In this document: one piece after another, positions 24,625 to 32,939 of the stretch
Layout: each line of letters opens with the position of its first letter
Numbering within the stretch: position 1 is the stretch's first letter
Origin: Crocinitomicaceae bacterium
Lineage (GTDB): Bacteria; Bacteroidota; Bacteroidia; Flavobacteriales_D; Crocinitomicaceae
Direction: 5' to 3'
NCBI GenBank assembly: GCA_049416285.1
Contig: JBMSGX010000001.1
Coordinates: 1-40,696 of the forward strand
Length of the DNA: 40,696 nucleotides
Notes under the pieces: generated by a model
The model's input: the letters and a program-made list of their open reading frames with translations, nothing else
What the model was told of the DNA's origin: nothing
The model's database searches: none
Made by a program: the position numbers and the translations under genes

Positions 24625-25278
24625 ATGATCAAAATTTCCGATGAAGAGATCGGGGATAACCACATGTGGACTTCTATCGAAACTCCCATGACTGAAACAG
24701 CTTTTATGCTGACGGCAGACGAAAAAAGAGAAAAGATAGCACATCATTTCCGTGAGATAATGGAAACCCTGGGTCTTGACTTAACAGACGATAGCCTCAA
24801 AGGCACACCTGATCGCGTTGCTAAAATGTATGTTGAAGAAATTTTCTCAGGCTTAGATCCGGCGAATAAACCTAAAATCGCACTCTTTGAAAACAAGTAT
24901 CAGTATGGAGAAATGCTAGTAGAAAAGAACATTACACTTTTCTCAAACTGCGAACATCACTTTGTGCCAATTATAGGAAAGGCACACATAGCGTATATCT
25001 CAAATGGCAAGGTGATCGGACTTTCTAAGCTAAACAGAATTGCGCAGTATTATGCAAAACGTCCTCAAGTCCAGGAGCGTCTAACTATACAGATCGGAAA
25101 AGAACTGGAAAGAGTTCTTGGGACGAAAGATATTGCTGTGCTAATCGATGCGGAGCACCTTTGCGTTTCTTCTCGCGGTGTAGAGGATATTAATTCAGCG
25201 ACGGTCACCTCATACTACGGTGGTAAGTTCGAAGATGAAAAAGTGAGAAAGGAATTCTTAACTTACGTGAACCTATAA
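24625..25278 (+). CDS. folE: GTP cyclohydrolase I
   Basis: GTPDRVAKMY, CEHHFVPIIGKAHIAY and RPQVQERLT motifs. Start taken at ATG 24625, just after the queD stop (the ORF track starts at 24583, overlapping queD). Confidence 0.93.
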   Translation: MIKISDEEIGDNHMWTSIETPMTETAFMLTADEKREKIAHHFREIMETLGLDLTDDSLKGTPDRVAKMYVEEIFSGLDPANKPKIALFENKYQYGEMLVEKNITLFSNCEHHFVPIIGKAHIAYISNGKVIGLSKLNRIAQYYAKRPQVQERLTIQIGKELERVLGTKDIAVLIDAEHLCVSSRGVEDINSATVTSYYGGKFEDEKVRKEFLTYVNL

Positions 25279-25282
25279 ATTC

Positions 25283-26182
25283 ATGGAACTTAGTCTTGAT
25301 GTCACATTTATGAAAACACTTCAAAGTGTTTTCGAGGAAGAACTGAAAAAGGTTCTTGGAAACGACTTGCACGTGAAGCGCATGATCCCGGTGTCGGGAG
25401 GTGACATCAATGAAGTATTTAAACTCGAGACTAATAAAGCGAACTTCTGTGTCAAGTTGAATGATGCGATCCTCTATCCGGAAATGTTCGCGAAGGAAGC
25501 CCGTGGCCTGGATCAATTGCGTCAATCTTCATTTAGGGTTCCCATGGTAATCACCTCAGGAAGTTATAATGAGTTTGCTTTTCTGATCCTGGAATACATC
25601 GAATCGAAAGCACCGAATGATCGTTTTTGGAAGCAGTTTGCGGAAAATCTTGCTGACCTGCACAGCATTCATGGTGAAGCATTCGGCTGGGAAGAGGACA
25701 ACTATATTGGTACCTTGATTCAAAAAAATCGAAACAATATCAGCTGGGCACAGTTTCTTTTCAATGAACGCTTGAAACCAATGGTGAAACAAGCTGTGGA
25801 AAAAGGGCTGATGAATTCTCAAGACCTTTTTTATCTTGAAAAGATCCATTCCCTCACAGATGAATTGTACGGATCATCAAAATCTTCATTAATACATGGT
25901 GACTTATGGTCAGGAAATTATATGTCTGATGAAAATGGAGCTCCAGTGTTGATCGATCCAGCGGTTTATTTCGGGCATCCGGACATGGATATTGCTATGA
26001 CTAAATTATTCGGTGGTTTTGACGACTCACTCTACTCTCTTTACAGTGATATAATTCCACAGGATAAAAATTGGGAAACTCGTACCAAATTATGCAAACT
26101 ATACCCTCTAATTGTTCACGTGAATTTATTTGGAGGATATTATGTGCAACAGTACCGAGATCTTGTACAAAGATTAATCTAG
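25283..26182 (+). CDS. Fructosamine kinase family protein
   Basis: 299 aa. VSGGDINEVFKL near the N terminus and LIHGDLWSGNYM / DPA kinase catalytic motifs. An alternative start is Met10 (25310). Confidence 0.88.
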   Translation: MELSLDVTFMKTLQSVFEEELKKVLGNDLHVKRMIPVSGGDINEVFKLETNKANFCVKLNDAILYPEMFAKEARGLDQLRQSSFRVPMVITSGSYNEFAFLILEYIESKAPNDRFWKQFAENLADLHSIHGEAFGWEEDNYIGTLIQKNRNNISWAQFLFNERLKPMVKQAVEKGLMNSQDLFYLEKIHSLTDELYGSSKSSLIHGDLWSGNYMSDENGAPVLIDPAVYFGHPDMDIAMTKLFGGFDDSLYSLYSDIIPQDKNWETRTKLCKLYPLIVHVNLFGGYYVQQYRDLVQRLI

Positions 26183-26661
26183 CTATTGAACAGATCATCT
26201 AGTTTCTTGAAACGAAACTCGAAGATTCCCTGAAGCTTTTTCTTAATAAACAAACTGTAAGCTATCTTTCCTAATGGTCCCATTGGAGGCTTAAAATGTA
26301 CCTTATCTTTCATAAGAACTCTCCCGTCTTCCAATTCCTCAAAAGAATGCAAATGGTGCCACATCGAATATGGGCCAAATCGCTGCTCATCAATAAAGTA
26401 TCGCTTATCTTCAACAGCCGTGATCTCAGTTACCCAATTGGATGTTACACCTGGCAACAAACCTATTCTGTAGGTGATAACTTGACCTTTGAACATTTTT
26501 CCTACTTCAGGAGAAGTAATCTGAAATGAAAGATCGTCCGGTGTTATTACCTGAAGGTTCTTCGGGTCCGAAAAGAATTCCCAGGCTTTATCCAAAGAGC
26601 AGTCAATTGTTTGTTCCGCAGTAAGTGAATAAATGCCGGAATGTTTATCGAACCTAACCAT
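26179..26661 (-). CDS. SRPBCC (START/Bet v1-like) family protein
   Basis: 160 aa. Polyketide-cyclase/Coq10-like pattern (...AWEFFSDPKNLQVITP..., ...GPYSMWHHLHSFEE...). Confidence 0.8.
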   Translation of the reverse strand: MVRFDKHSGIYSLTAEQTIDCSLDKAWEFFSDPKNLQVITPDDLSFQITSPEVGKMFKGQVITYRIGLLPGVTSNWVTEITAVEDKRYFIDEQRFGPYSMWHHLHSFEELEDGRVLMKDKVHFKPPMGPLGKIAYSLFIKKKLQGIFEFRFKKLDDLFNS

Positions 26662-26665
26662 TTGA

Positions 26666-27280
26666 TTATTTATTTATAGCATCCACTAGCTCCTCACCAA
26701 GTGGATTCACTCGTGAGTTGTACATGTTTATCAACTGCCCCTCTTCGTCCACTAAGAACTTGTGGAAGTTCCATTTGATAGAAGCGTCCATAACGCCATT
26801 CTTTTCTTTCATCGTGAGCCATGCATATAATGAATGTTGAGATGCTCCTTTTACGTCCGCTTTCTCCAGCATCGTGAAGGTCACACCGTAGTTCTTCTCA
26901 CAGAACTGTGCGATCTCATCCGACGACCCAGGCTCTTGTCCTCCAAACTGATTACAAGGAACACCGAAAATCTCCAATTTCCCATTGTATTTATCATATA
27001 ACTGCTGCAGCTCGGCATACTGTGGAGTAAACCCACATTTTGACGCTACATTAACAAAAAGCATTTTCTTTCCTTTGAAGTCGTTCAGGTCTATGGCTGA
27101 ACCATCCAGCTTATTCACCTTGATATCGTATATTGATTCTATTGAATTCATTTGTACCGTATTAATTTCTGTTGCATCTGTAGTTTCTTCCGTTGCGCTT
27201 GATCCATTGTAAGCGCAAGAGATCGTTAGCAATGATAAAACCACTAATCCTGTTCCAGTAACTTTCATTCTTGTTTTCAT
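26666..27280 (-). CDS. Glutathione peroxidase (Cys-type), exported or lipoprotein form
   Basis: 204 aa. N-terminal signal with Cys (LLTISCA), NVASKCGFTPQY active site (Cys encoded by TGT), and PCNQFGGQEPG and WNFHKFLV motifs. Confidence 0.93.
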   Translation of the reverse strand: MKTRMKVTGTGLVVLSLLTISCAYNGSSATEETTDATEINTVQMNSIESIYDIKVNKLDGSAIDLNDFKGKKMLFVNVASKCGFTPQYAELQQLYDKYNGKLEIFGVPCNQFGGQEPGSSDEIAQFCEKNYGVTFTMLEKADVKGASQHSLYAWLTMKEKNGVMDASIKWNFHKFLVDEEGQLINMYNSRVNPLGEELVDAINK

Positions 27281-27286
27281 TTTTTC

Positions 27287-27883
27287 TTATTCTTTCAGTG
27301 TTACAATGATCTCATTTCTTCTGTTCGCCATTTGGTAAGGCGGATTATATCCAAGATAAGCAAAATCGTTCGCATCATAAGCGATCCCTTCAGACTCAAG
27401 TACTTTTACCAAGTTCTTTTTCTGTTCATCTATCGTTTTGTCGCTTGCCCAGCCTTTAAAAACGATGGCAGCCACTGTTCTTTCCTTTATTTCCTTAATT
27501 CTGACAGTACTATCATTTGGCGTTGGCAAAGCATCCATTGACCTATATGATTTCGGCATAAAGAACATCATCTCTGATGTGTCAGCGAAGTTCATCTGAA
27601 CGGGTGCCGTCATCGCAATGCTTTCCCCCCCTTCATTTCCACCGAATATATAACCCGCTATTCTTCTAAATCCTTTACTGGAAACACTGCCATAATTGTC
27701 TGCCGAGATTTTCGTGTATGCCACGATAAGATCTTCATACTTTCTTATCTCCACTCCTTTAGATAGTCTTTTGACAACCTTGTAATCAACCTGCTCAGTT
27801 CTGCTTGTTGAACGCTCAATATAAACCTGAGAAAAAACGAATCCTGAAAAAAGGAGAATCAATATGATATACAATACTTTCAT
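27287..27883 (-). CDS. SOUL heme-binding family protein
   Basis: 198 aa. Signal peptide, then YEVRKY-like EIRKYEDLIVA, IAMTAPV and YNPPYQMANRRNEI motifs typical of SOUL/HEBP proteins. Confidence 0.85.
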   Translation of the reverse strand: MKVLYIILILLFSGFVFSQVYIERSTSRTEQVDYKVVKRLSKGVEIRKYEDLIVAYTKISADNYGSVSSKGFRRIAGYIFGGNEGGESIAMTAPVQMNFADTSEMMFFMPKSYRSMDALPTPNDSTVRIKEIKERTVAAIVFKGWASDKTIDEQKKNLVKVLESEGIAYDANDFAYLGYNPPYQMANRRNEIIVTLKE

Positions 27884-28135
27884 GTTTTAATGGCTTTTAA
27901 AGTAAAGAGAGGCACAAGGATAAGCCTCTCTTCTATTCACCTAACTAACTACTATTTATTTGCTAAAACATGTATCACAGCTATGTCTGCGTTCTAATCA
28001 CGGAATGATGTCAGAACTACTGTCAACAACGTCTCCTTGTTTAATGTTTTTATCAAAACGTTAAACAAATATATGCAAAAAATTATATGCTCCAAATAAT
28101 TGTGATACTTTTTATTACTTTTTAAAGAAAAATTC

Positions 28136-28600
28136 ATGCGCACACTACTCCTCTCATTTCTTATAACCCTAGCGGTTACACCTGTTTACAGTCAATCCAG
28201 TGAAAAAAAGGCACTTAAGATATTCATCAAGAATTTTTTTGAAGCGCTTCATAAAAAGGACACAACTTATTTAGGCGCTCAGTTTAGGGAAGGTGCAGTA
28301 TTGAGCACTCAATTTGTTTCGGAAGGAACACCTACACTATTCTCTTCCGATGTAAGCGCATTCCTTGAAAATATTTATGCCTTCAAGGATCAGGAAATGG
28401 AAGAAACTGTAAAGCATATGAAAATACATATCGATGGAGACCTTGCGCATTTGTGGATGAAATATAAATTCTATTTCAATGGAGAATTGCAACACATCGG
28501 CTCGAACTCCTTCTCGATGGTAAAGGAAAATGGTCGGTGGGTCATACGCGACCTCATCGATACTTATTATCCAGTAGAAAATAAAAAAGGCGGTCAGTGA
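28136..28600 (+). CDS. NTF2-like (DUF4440/SnoaL-like) secreted protein
   Basis: 154 aa. Signal peptide and an alpha+beta cone-like pattern (FFEALHKKD..., GDLAHLWMKYKF..., ENGRWVIRD). Confidence 0.7.
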   Translation: MRTLLLSFLITLAVTPVYSQSSEKKALKIFIKNFFEALHKKDTTYLGAQFREGAVLSTQFVSEGTPTLFSSDVSAFLENIYAFKDQEMEETVKHMKIHIDGDLAHLWMKYKFYFNGELQHIGSNSFSMVKENGRWVIRDLIDTYYPVENKKGGQ

Positions 28601-28612
28601 CCGCCTTTTCTT
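28583..28612. terminator. Bidirectional terminator between convergent genes
   Basis: AAAAAA-GGCGGTC-AGT-GACCGCC-TTTTCTT. The stem includes the TGA stop of the plus-strand gene and ends 1 nt before the stop of the minus-strand OmpA-family gene. Confidence 0.7.
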
Positions 28613-30694
28613 CTAAAGTGATAATACTTTAAATTCTGTTCGTCTGTTTTCCTGATGTTCTTCATCAGAACATTTGACACCGTTCGAACATCCGTTCACT
28701 AATTGTGTTTCTCCGTAACCAGCCCATTTCAAACGATCAGCTGAAATACCTTTCTTCGTTGTAAGGTAATCAACTACAGCTTTCGCGCGTTTCTCTGAAA
28801 GTTGCTGATTGTAGCTGTCAGATCCTCTTGAATCGGTGTGTCCTCCCAACTCAATTTTCAACGTTGGAACGTCATTCATTAGTTTAGTCAATCGCTCAAG
28901 CTCAGCAGTTGATTCCGGGCGAAGAGTCGCTTTATCAAGGTCAAAGAAGATATTCTTCAAAACGATCTTGTTACCAACAGCAAGCATTTTCAACTCAATA
29001 TCCTTTTCTACTTCCTGGAAGGCAGCAGTGTTTGGAATGTCGAAGTTTTCCGAATGGAATAAATACCCTTCCTTCTTCACTGCTATACCGTAGTTCTTAC
29101 CTGCCGGTAAAGAGACAAGATATTTACCTGTTGATGAGTTTGATTTAAATGTAGCGATCACTTTATTCGCTGCATTGTCTACGATCTCAATGTCAGCCTG
29201 AAGCTTCTCAGTTGTTAAAGCGTCTGAAATCACCCCTTTAAGAAGTGTCAACTGTGCTTCTTTCACTTCGATCGTTGGTGCAACTACAACTTCTTCGATC
29301 GGAGCTGTTACGCTTGCGATAAGATTATCCTCGTTATTTAATACCATTGGTTTCTCAGGCCCTAAGAATGTGATCATATAGAGATCTCTTAAACCTTGCC
29401 CGTCCAATGTCTCTGAAGTATAATAACCGTGCTTTCCACTCGCCGACAATACAAAGAAGACGTCGTTATCAGGAGTATTTACCGGATAACCAATATTCAC
29501 AGGCTTGCTCCAAGTTCCTGTTGAAACGTCAAGCACAGTTTTGAAAATATCGAAACCACCCATTGACTCATGTCCTTGTGAACTGAAATAAAGTGTTTTT
29601 CCATCAGGGTGCATGTAAACTCCTCTTTCACCATGACGCGTATTCACGGTTGCTCCTAGGTTTTCCGCTTCACCCCATCTACCCTTCTCATCTAATCGAG
29701 AAACGTAAATATCATGTGACCCGAATCCTCCTGGCTTATCTGAGATGAAGTATAAAGATTGACCATCTGGAGAATAACACGCTTCCGGCTCATGGAAGTC
29801 CTTGGTGTTGATATTTTTTCCGAATGATTCTGGCTTCGTCCACTCGTCTCCTTCTAATCTTGCTTCAAACAAGTCTCCATTGTTTGATTTTCCTAAATAA
29901 ATAATGAACCGCTGACCGTCTGCAGATACTCCTGAATTCGCATCGTGGTTATTTGTGTTGATCGGTGGTGGTAAATTTTCCGCAATTGACCAGGTTCCGT
30001 CATCCTGCTTGTGACTGATATAGATGTCCTCGAACGTTTCATTCAGGTATGGGTCGATCTTCCCTCCAGTTGAATTTGGTCTACGAGCAGTAAATAACAA
30101 CACAGATTCATCCGCGGAAATTACCCCTCCGTATTCATTATACTTGGTATTTACGTTTGGTCCAAGATTATCGATGAACACACGGATAGGATTTTTTACG
30201 ATCTCCTTTCCGTGATAACACTGTCCGATCAATAGCTTAACCTCTTCCAATGCCATAGGATCTTGCATTGACATTGCCGTCTTCTGATATTTACTGTATG
30301 CGGTGATCGCATCATCCCATCTCATGGCAAGGTGATAAGCTTTTCCTAGATGGAAGTACACCTCGTTATCAATTGAAGGGTTCAATTTGATTGCTTTCTC
30401 CAAGCATGGAAGTGCCTTATCCTTGTAAATTGAAGAAAGATAGCATTTACCCAGTTTATAGTTCAAATCAGCATTGTTCGGGTTGAATGCCTGGGCTTTT
30501 TCGTAGAATGGAATCGCAGCCTTGTAAAAGATCGCTCCTTGCTCATACTGCTCATCTCCCTCTTTAAGATTATCCTTCGCTTCTTTTAAGCCGTCTTTAT
30601 CGTCTTTAAAGTTACTCTTGTCGAATTCAACGTTCTGCGCAAATGAGAACGCTGTCGAAACCGTTAGTGCTAGTAATATTAAATATCTCATCAT
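28613..30694 (-). CDS. OmpA-family protein with TPR, PD40/TolB-like beta-propeller and carboxypeptidase-regulatory-like domains
   Basis: N-terminal signal, TPR repeats and repeated PD40-like motifs (...S.DG....F.S.r.gg.G..DIY...). The C-terminal OmpA domain contains LGGHTDSRGSDSYNQQLSEKRAKAV ... NRRTEF. Start taken at MMRYLILL... (the ORF track extends to 30712). Confidence 0.9.
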   Translation of the reverse strand: MMRYLILLALTVSTAFSFAQNVEFDKSNFKDDKDGLKEAKDNLKEGDEQYEQGAIFYKAAIPFYEKAQAFNPNNADLNYKLGKCYLSSIYKDKALPCLEKAIKLNPSIDNEVYFHLGKAYHLAMRWDDAITAYSKYQKTAMSMQDPMALEEVKLLIGQCYHGKEIVKNPIRVFIDNLGPNVNTKYNEYGGVISADESVLLFTARRPNSTGGKIDPYLNETFEDIYISHKQDDGTWSIAENLPPPINTNNHDANSGVSADGQRFIIYLGKSNNGDLFEARLEGDEWTKPESFGKNINTKDFHEPEACYSPDGQSLYFISDKPGGFGSHDIYVSRLDEKGRWGEAENLGATVNTRHGERGVYMHPDGKTLYFSSQGHESMGGFDIFKTVLDVSTGTWSKPVNIGYPVNTPDNDVFFVLSASGKHGYYTSETLDGQGLRDLYMITFLGPEKPMVLNNEDNLIASVTAPIEEVVVAPTIEVKEAQLTLLKGVISDALTTEKLQADIEIVDNAANKVIATFKSNSSTGKYLVSLPAGKNYGIAVKKEGYLFHSENFDIPNTAAFQEVEKDIELKMLAVGNKIVLKNIFFDLDKATLRPESTAELERLTKLMNDVPTLKIELGGHTDSRGSDSYNQQLSEKRAKAVVDYLTTKKGISADRLKWAGYGETQLVNGCSNGVKCSDEEHQENRRTEFKVLSL

Positions 30695-30702
30695 TTCAAA
30701 AT

Positions 30703-31752
30703 TTATTTGCAATCACCAATGTGATTCTTAGCAATTTCCACACCTAGCTCTACTGCCTTCTTCCAATCCTCACAGGCACCGGCATCATCTCTCAAAAGCT
30801 CCTTTGCATTCCCTCTGTTAGAGTAAGCGTAACCGTAATTAGGATTGATCTTGATCGCTTTATCACAATCTTCAACTGATCCTTTATAATCTTCCAGTTT
30901 GAACTTCGCTGCAGCTCTGTTATTATAAGCATAGGCGTACTTTGGATCAAGCTCGATCGCTTTATTGAAATCGTTCAATGCTTCTTTGTAGTCTTCAGCG
31001 TCATATCTGGCAGAACCTCTGTTATTGTAGGCCACCGTATACTTTGGATCCAGGCTAATTGCCTTGGAATAATCCATGATCGCTCCTTTGAAATCGCCTT
31101 TCTTCCTTTTAGCGCTTCCTAGGTTGTTATGAATGAATGCCAAAGAATTATCAACCATTATTGCTAGCTGGTAATCTTTGATCGCTCCATCCAGATCACC
31201 CATTTTTCTTTTTGCACTTGCACGGTCATTGTACGCATATGTGTAGCTCTTGTTAATATCGATCGCCAAAGAGAAATCAGCAACTGCTCCTTCATAGTCG
31301 CCAGCTGTGAATTTCAAAACACCTCTATTGTAGTATGCTTTTTCATTCTTCTTGTCCAAGCTCACAGCCTGTCCATAAGCTGCAATCGCTCCATCCGCAT
31401 CTCCTTTCGCTTCCAGGGATTTAGCTTTCCAATAATGTGCATCGCCCGTAGCAGCAATGGCAATTACACTTTCCATATCCTTGATAGACTCATCGTATTT
31501 CTTCATTTCGAAAAACGTAAGTCCTCTGTTGTAAAGTGCTTTGTCAAACTCTGGTTTGAGTGTTATTGCTGCCGAGAAGCTTTCTAAAGCCGCAGCGTAG
31601 TCCTTCTTTTCAAATAATTCAATCCCCTTGTTGTAGTCTTTATCTGCCGCGATGTCTGCACTATCGAGGATGGTCGCCTGAACGATCGTATCCTGCTGTG
31701 CAAAAGTCAGCGAAGAAAAGAACAAGAAAAGCATTAGGTTGATCTTTCTCAT
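30703..31752 (-). CDS. Tetratricopeptide repeat protein (secreted)
   Basis: 349 aa. Signal peptide followed by about 8-9 tandem 34-aa TPR units of the type AYxNRGxAKxxxGDxxGAIxDYxKAIxLDPKY. Confidence 0.9.
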   Translation of the reverse strand: MRKINLMLFLFFSSLTFAQQDTIVQATILDSADIAADKDYNKGIELFEKKDYAAALESFSAAITLKPEFDKALYNRGLTFFEMKKYDESIKDMESVIAIAATGDAHYWKAKSLEAKGDADGAIAAYGQAVSLDKKNEKAYYNRGVLKFTAGDYEGAVADFSLAIDINKSYTYAYNDRASAKRKMGDLDGAIKDYQLAIMVDNSLAFIHNNLGSAKRKKGDFKGAIMDYSKAISLDPKYTVAYNNRGSARYDAEDYKEALNDFNKAIELDPKYAYAYNNRAAAKFKLEDYKGSVEDCDKAIKINPNYGYAYSNRGNAKELLRDDAGACEDWKKAVELGVEIAKNHIGDCK

Positions 31753-31790
31753 GGTGAAAATTTAATTGGTTTAAAATTAAAAAATTACTG

Positions 31791-32939
31791 TTACTTATCA
31801 ATTAATTGATCAGCTATTATGTGTGTCAATGTCCCCATAAACGGAGTTGCTATCGAGTTGTACTGATAGCGTCCATCGTTGATCGTATTATTACTGTTTA
31901 CATACATGCTTATTGTTAGAAAAAACGACTCATTCGATAATTCATCAACCACATATGCTGTTTCTGTAATAAAACCGTAAGAGTATCCGATCTTGGAGTA
32001 AGTAGTAAATCGCGAGTTATCCATTTTCTGATTTCCGAAGCCGATAATCTTAAAATCCTCTACTGAATAATCCTTCTCTCCGATATCAGCAGGATGTTGT
32101 CTGAGCTTTTCCAGAACGAATGACCTCTGTGTCTCCCCTATGTTCCATTTGAGATCAGCGGAATCGCTTATGAACGTGATCATCATTTTGTGTAAGCTAT
32201 TGATCGGAATCTCCAGGTTCTCATTAAAATCATAAGGAGTCATGATTACCTTTCCTTTCTTTATGAATCGATCACCTACCCGCTTGTCATCTGAGTACGC
32301 AAATTTATTACTGATCTCTTCCCAAGAGAGCAAGCGCTCATTGACTTTCAAAATTAAGGAGTCCGTGGACGAATAAACGCTGTACCCGGCAGTTTTAAGT
32401 TGTTCCTCTTTCGAACATCCATTGAAGCACCTGTATATTAGCACATCTTCAAATCCTCGCTTCTTCAAATAATCATTTAGATAAGCTGGGCCAATAAAAT
32501 GATATAACACATTGTAATAATCATTATCAGAGACTACCAAGGCCTTCTCAATTAGCTCTTTGAAGGAAATTCCCTTTTCTGTTTTGCGAATGAAAGATTT
32601 GTTCCCTTTTATATCGACATCATCTAGAACGATCTTATCGTCCAAAGAAAGACCCTCTTCTAAAAGTTTATGAACGACGGCCAGAACCGTTGGGAATTTG
32701 ACGAGACTAGCTGGATAATAATAATTTTCGTTGCCTATTTTGGTTGTGATCGAATTGTCGTCTTGGCTAATAGAAAGTTGGATCTGTAATTTGTACTCTT
32801 CTTGATTATTCAAGACTTTATCAACCAAAGGATCAATTCCTAACCACCTTCTGTAAAGTGAATCATGGGCATTTGAGATTTGCCCGAATGCAAATACTCC
32901 AAATAAACAGTACAACGTAATTATTAGCCGGCTTTTCAT
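31791..32939 (-). CDS. Serine hydrolase, class-A beta-lactamase-like fold
   Basis: 382 aa. Signal peptide, SxxK (ASLVKFP) and SDN (VVSDNDYYN) motifs. ATGA overlap with the upstream permease gene. Confidence 0.78.
   Translation of the reverse strand: MKSRLIITLYCLFGVFAFGQISNAHDSLYRRWLGIDPLVDKVLNNQEEYKLQIQLSISQDDNSITTKIGNENYYYPASLVKFPTVLAVVHKLLEEGLSLDDKIVLDDVDIKGNKSFIRKTEKGISFKELIEKALVVSDNDYYNVLYHFIGPAYLNDYLKKRGFEDVLIYRCFNGCSKEEQLKTAGYSVYSSTDSLILKVNERLLSWEEISNKFAYSDDKRVGDRFIKKGKVIMTPYDFNENLEIPINSLHKMMITFISDSADLKWNIGETQRSFVLEKLRQHPADIGEKDYSVEDFKIIGFGNQKMDNSRFTTYSKIGYSYGFITETAYVVDELSNESFFLTISMYVNSNNTINDGRYQYNSIATPFMGTLTHIIADQLIDK

Noticed and set aside
26666-27280. Possible selenocysteine in the glutathione peroxidase
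   Set aside because: The active-site residue in NVASKCGFT is encoded by TGT (Cys), and there is no in-frame TGA.
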